From Candidatus Helarchaeota ASGARD archaeon Hel_GB_B (GTDB lineage: Archaea; Asgardarchaeota; Lokiarchaeia; Helarchaeales; HEL-GB-B): DNA of 5,879 bases. The stretch covers positions 1 through 5,879 of the forward strand of contig SUPR01000162.1 in the NCBI GenBank assembly GCA_005191425.1. The letters are read 5' to 3'. Below are positions 4,104 to 5,879 of this stretch, piece after piece (position 1 is the stretch's first letter; each line of letters begins with the position of its first letter). Below the pieces are notes generated by a model. The model ran no database searches. It had not been told where the DNA came from and saw only the letters and a program-made list of their open reading frames with translations. The translations under genes were made by a program, and so were the position numbers.

Positions 4104-5879
4104 ATGAGTTTTGATTTTAATGGGGAGCCGATATTGCAAGAGCAATTAGAGGCTTTGAAGGAGTTGGAGGGTGTATTATTAGAGAAGTTAAAGTTATCAG
4201 ATAACTTAAAATATAATAATTCAGTTATTATTCAAGATAATAGGGTAATTAAGGTTAGATGTTGTTGTTCGGAGGATAGTGGTCCGATCAATATTCCGGA
4301 AAGTATTAAGTACCTGAGGGATTTAAGATATTTAGAAGTGGACTTTAGAGGTCATTTAACAAATTTTGAAAGCATTAGATATCTTGAAAATTTGGAAACG
4401 TTGAGGGTAATAAATGCGGACCTTGATATAATTATGGGCACGATTGAGGAGTTGCCCAATTTAGTTAATTTGGCATTAAGTAAAATGAAAATAAAGGAGT
4501 CATTTAACAATATTGTCAGGGTAAAGAAATTAAAGAAAATAGAGTTAATAGATAATGGACTGGAGAAAATTCCAGAAATAATTTTTGAGCTTGAAGGGTT
4601 AGAGGAGTTATCCGTCATATTCAATAAGATCAGGGAGGTCCCCCCAGAAATTTCAAGGTGCAAGAGTTTAAGAAAGTTAAATTTACGAGTAAATAAGATT
4701 AAAGAGATATCTGAAACGATTAAAGGACTAAATAATTTGGAAGAATTGAACTTAAATGGAAATAGAATTGAAAGAGTAAATAAGGCAATCACTGAACTAA
4801 AGAAGTTAAAAGTATTGAACTTAGATTTTAATTTGTTAAAAACATTACCTGAGGAAATCCTGGACATGCGATCACTTGACGAAATTAACGTCAGATATAA
4901 TAAATTAAAAATTGTATATCAACCGGTGCACATTATTCAGCGATATTTGGAGGGTGTGCCCCAAGATTTACCGGAACACGAAAGGCTATTTATTGCGAAA
5001 TTATTGTCGCTGGTCGAGGAAAAATGGGACAAGAAATCATCAGTTGAATTTGTTATAGAAAATGGACACGTTATTAAATTTCAAATTAAAGATTCGACCT
5101 GGAGACCAAAAATTTATGCTTTACCAGAGGAGTTTGAGAAGTTAGAATATTTAAGAAGTTTTAGCGCAAATTCGCCGGGGATCACCGTTCCAATTTTAAA
5201 ATTTCCAGATAATTTATTTAAAGAAATGATGGACGAACTTAAAGAGTTAAACATACCTGATAAGGAAAAGGAATTTATAATATATATTAAGCCGTTTATC
5301 CCTTCATTGAAAATAATAGAAGATGGGAAAAAAGTAGAGTCAAAGAGATACGTTTTAATAAAGGACGGGCACGTCCATGAAATTTACTTCAAAGATCTTT
5401 CAAATTCGCGCTATTTTGAGAGGCACCCATTAATTTGTAATTTAAAATTTCTCAAAACGCTAATTTGGAAGGAAAATAAATTAAAAGAAATCCCGGAAGG
5501 AATTGAAAATTTAAGCACTTTAGAGAAATTGGACCTGACGGAAAATAAACTTAAAAATCTACCGGATTCCATTACAAAACTCCACAGTCTTAAAACCTTA
5601 ATAATTTCAAAAAACCCAATTAAGTCGCTCCCGGAAAACTTCGGGGACTTAAAGGAACTAGAAAAGTTCTATTTTTCAAATACAAATTTGAACAGCCTCC
5701 CAAGTTCATTTAACGACGTGGTATCTTTAAAAGAAATTGAAATGATAGGGGTTTATTTGTTTGAAATTCCAGAAATTTTAATTCAATTAAACCTAAAGGA
5801 ATTCTTGAAATATTCAATACCAGACGCAGAAAAAAAAGCACTTTCCGCGCTGTACATTTTGAGCTACGATGAATATAAT
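4104..5879 (+). CDS. Large modular leucine-rich-repeat protein (3'-truncated by window edge; at least 592 aa)
   Basis: Manual translation from ATG 4104 (in-frame TAG at 4098-4100, AAGGAAG upstream) is open to base 5879: MSFDFNGEPILQEQLEALKELEG...LSYDEYN. It carries many 23-aa LxxLxLxxNxLxxLPxxI repeats. It is absent from the ORF track, presumably because there is no stop codon inside the window. Confidence 0.95.
   Translation, partial: MSFDFNGEPILQEQLEALKELEGVLLEKLKLSDNLKYNNSVIIQDNRVIKVRCCCSEDSGPINIPESIKYLRDLRYLEVDFRGHLTNFESIRYLENLETLRVINADLDIIMGTIEELPNLVNLALSKMKIKESFNNIVRVKKLKKIELIDNGLEKIPEIIFELEGLEELSVIFNKIREVPPEISRCKSLRKLNLRVNKIKEISETIKGLNNLEELNLNGNRIERVNKAITELKKLKVLNLDFNLLKTLPEEILDMRSLDEINVRYNKLKIVYQPVHIIQRYLEGVPQDLPEHERLFIAKLLSLVEEKWDKKSSVEFVIENGHVIKFQIKDSTWRPKIYALPEEFEKLEYLRSFSANSPGITVPILKFPDNLFKEMMDELKELNIPDKEKEFIIYIKPFIPSLKIIEDGKKVESKRYVLIKDGHVHEIYFKDLSNSRYFERHPLICNLKFLKTLIWKENKLKEIPEGIENLSTLEKLDLTENKLKNLPDSITKLHSLKTLIISKNPIKSLPENFGDLKELEKFYFSNTNLNSLPSSFNDVVSLKEIEMIGVYLFEIPEILIQLNLKEFLKYSIPDAEKKALSALYILSYDEYN
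4293..4913 (+). repeat. LRR block 1: nine 23-aa (69 bp) repeats
   Basis: aa 64-270, from IPESIKYLRDLRYLEVDFRGHLT through VPPEISRCKSLRKLNLRVNKIKE to LPEEILDMRSLDEINVRYNKLKI. Confidence 0.85.
5427..5765 (+). repeat. LRR block 2: about five 23-aa repeats
   Basis: aa 442-554, e.g. IPEGIENLSTLEKLDLTENKLKN, LPDSITKLHSLKTLIISKNPIKS, LPENFGDLKELEKFYFSNTNLNS. Confidence 0.85.

Noticed and set aside
4072-4107. 11-codon uORF (MKYYLQGRDSL*) whose TGA overlaps the LRR start (ATGA)
   Set aside because: Any ATGA start creates this overlap, and a short upstream ORF of this size is unremarkable.
4352-4867. 171 aa minus-strand ORF in the track
   Set aside because: Antisense shadow of the LRR gene. It is rich in S/F/L/N as expected from the reverse complement of periodic LRR codons and has no motif of its own.
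4293-5765. Diversity-generating retroelement target in the LRR gene
   Set aside because: No near-identical template/variable repeat pair differing at adenines and no reverse transcriptase in the window.

Overview
AT-rich window in which every supportable gene is on the + strand. In order: (1) the 3' end of a GPH/MFS_2-type sugar:cation symporter; (2) an SDH-family (ClpP/crotonase-fold) serine proteinase with an altered catalytic motif, a helical insertion and an acidic tail; (3) a YwgA/Panacea(DUF4065)-like winged-helix protein; (4) directly after it, the broken C-terminal half of a SAMHD1/COG1078-like HD dNTPase, lacking its catalytic HD domain and carrying an in-frame TAA; (5) the first 592 codons of a large modular leucine-rich-repeat (LRR) protein that runs off the window and is missing from the supplied ORF track. 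A degenerate but colinear non-coding direct repeat of about 230 bp sits upstream of both the protease and the LRR gene, bracketing genes 2-4. The low GC, cap-plus-LRR architecture, transporter type and TATA-like promoters suggest an Asgard (Loki-like) archaeon, and the locus may be an accessory defence-type region; both are inferences. All family assignments come from motif recognition by eye, not database searches.
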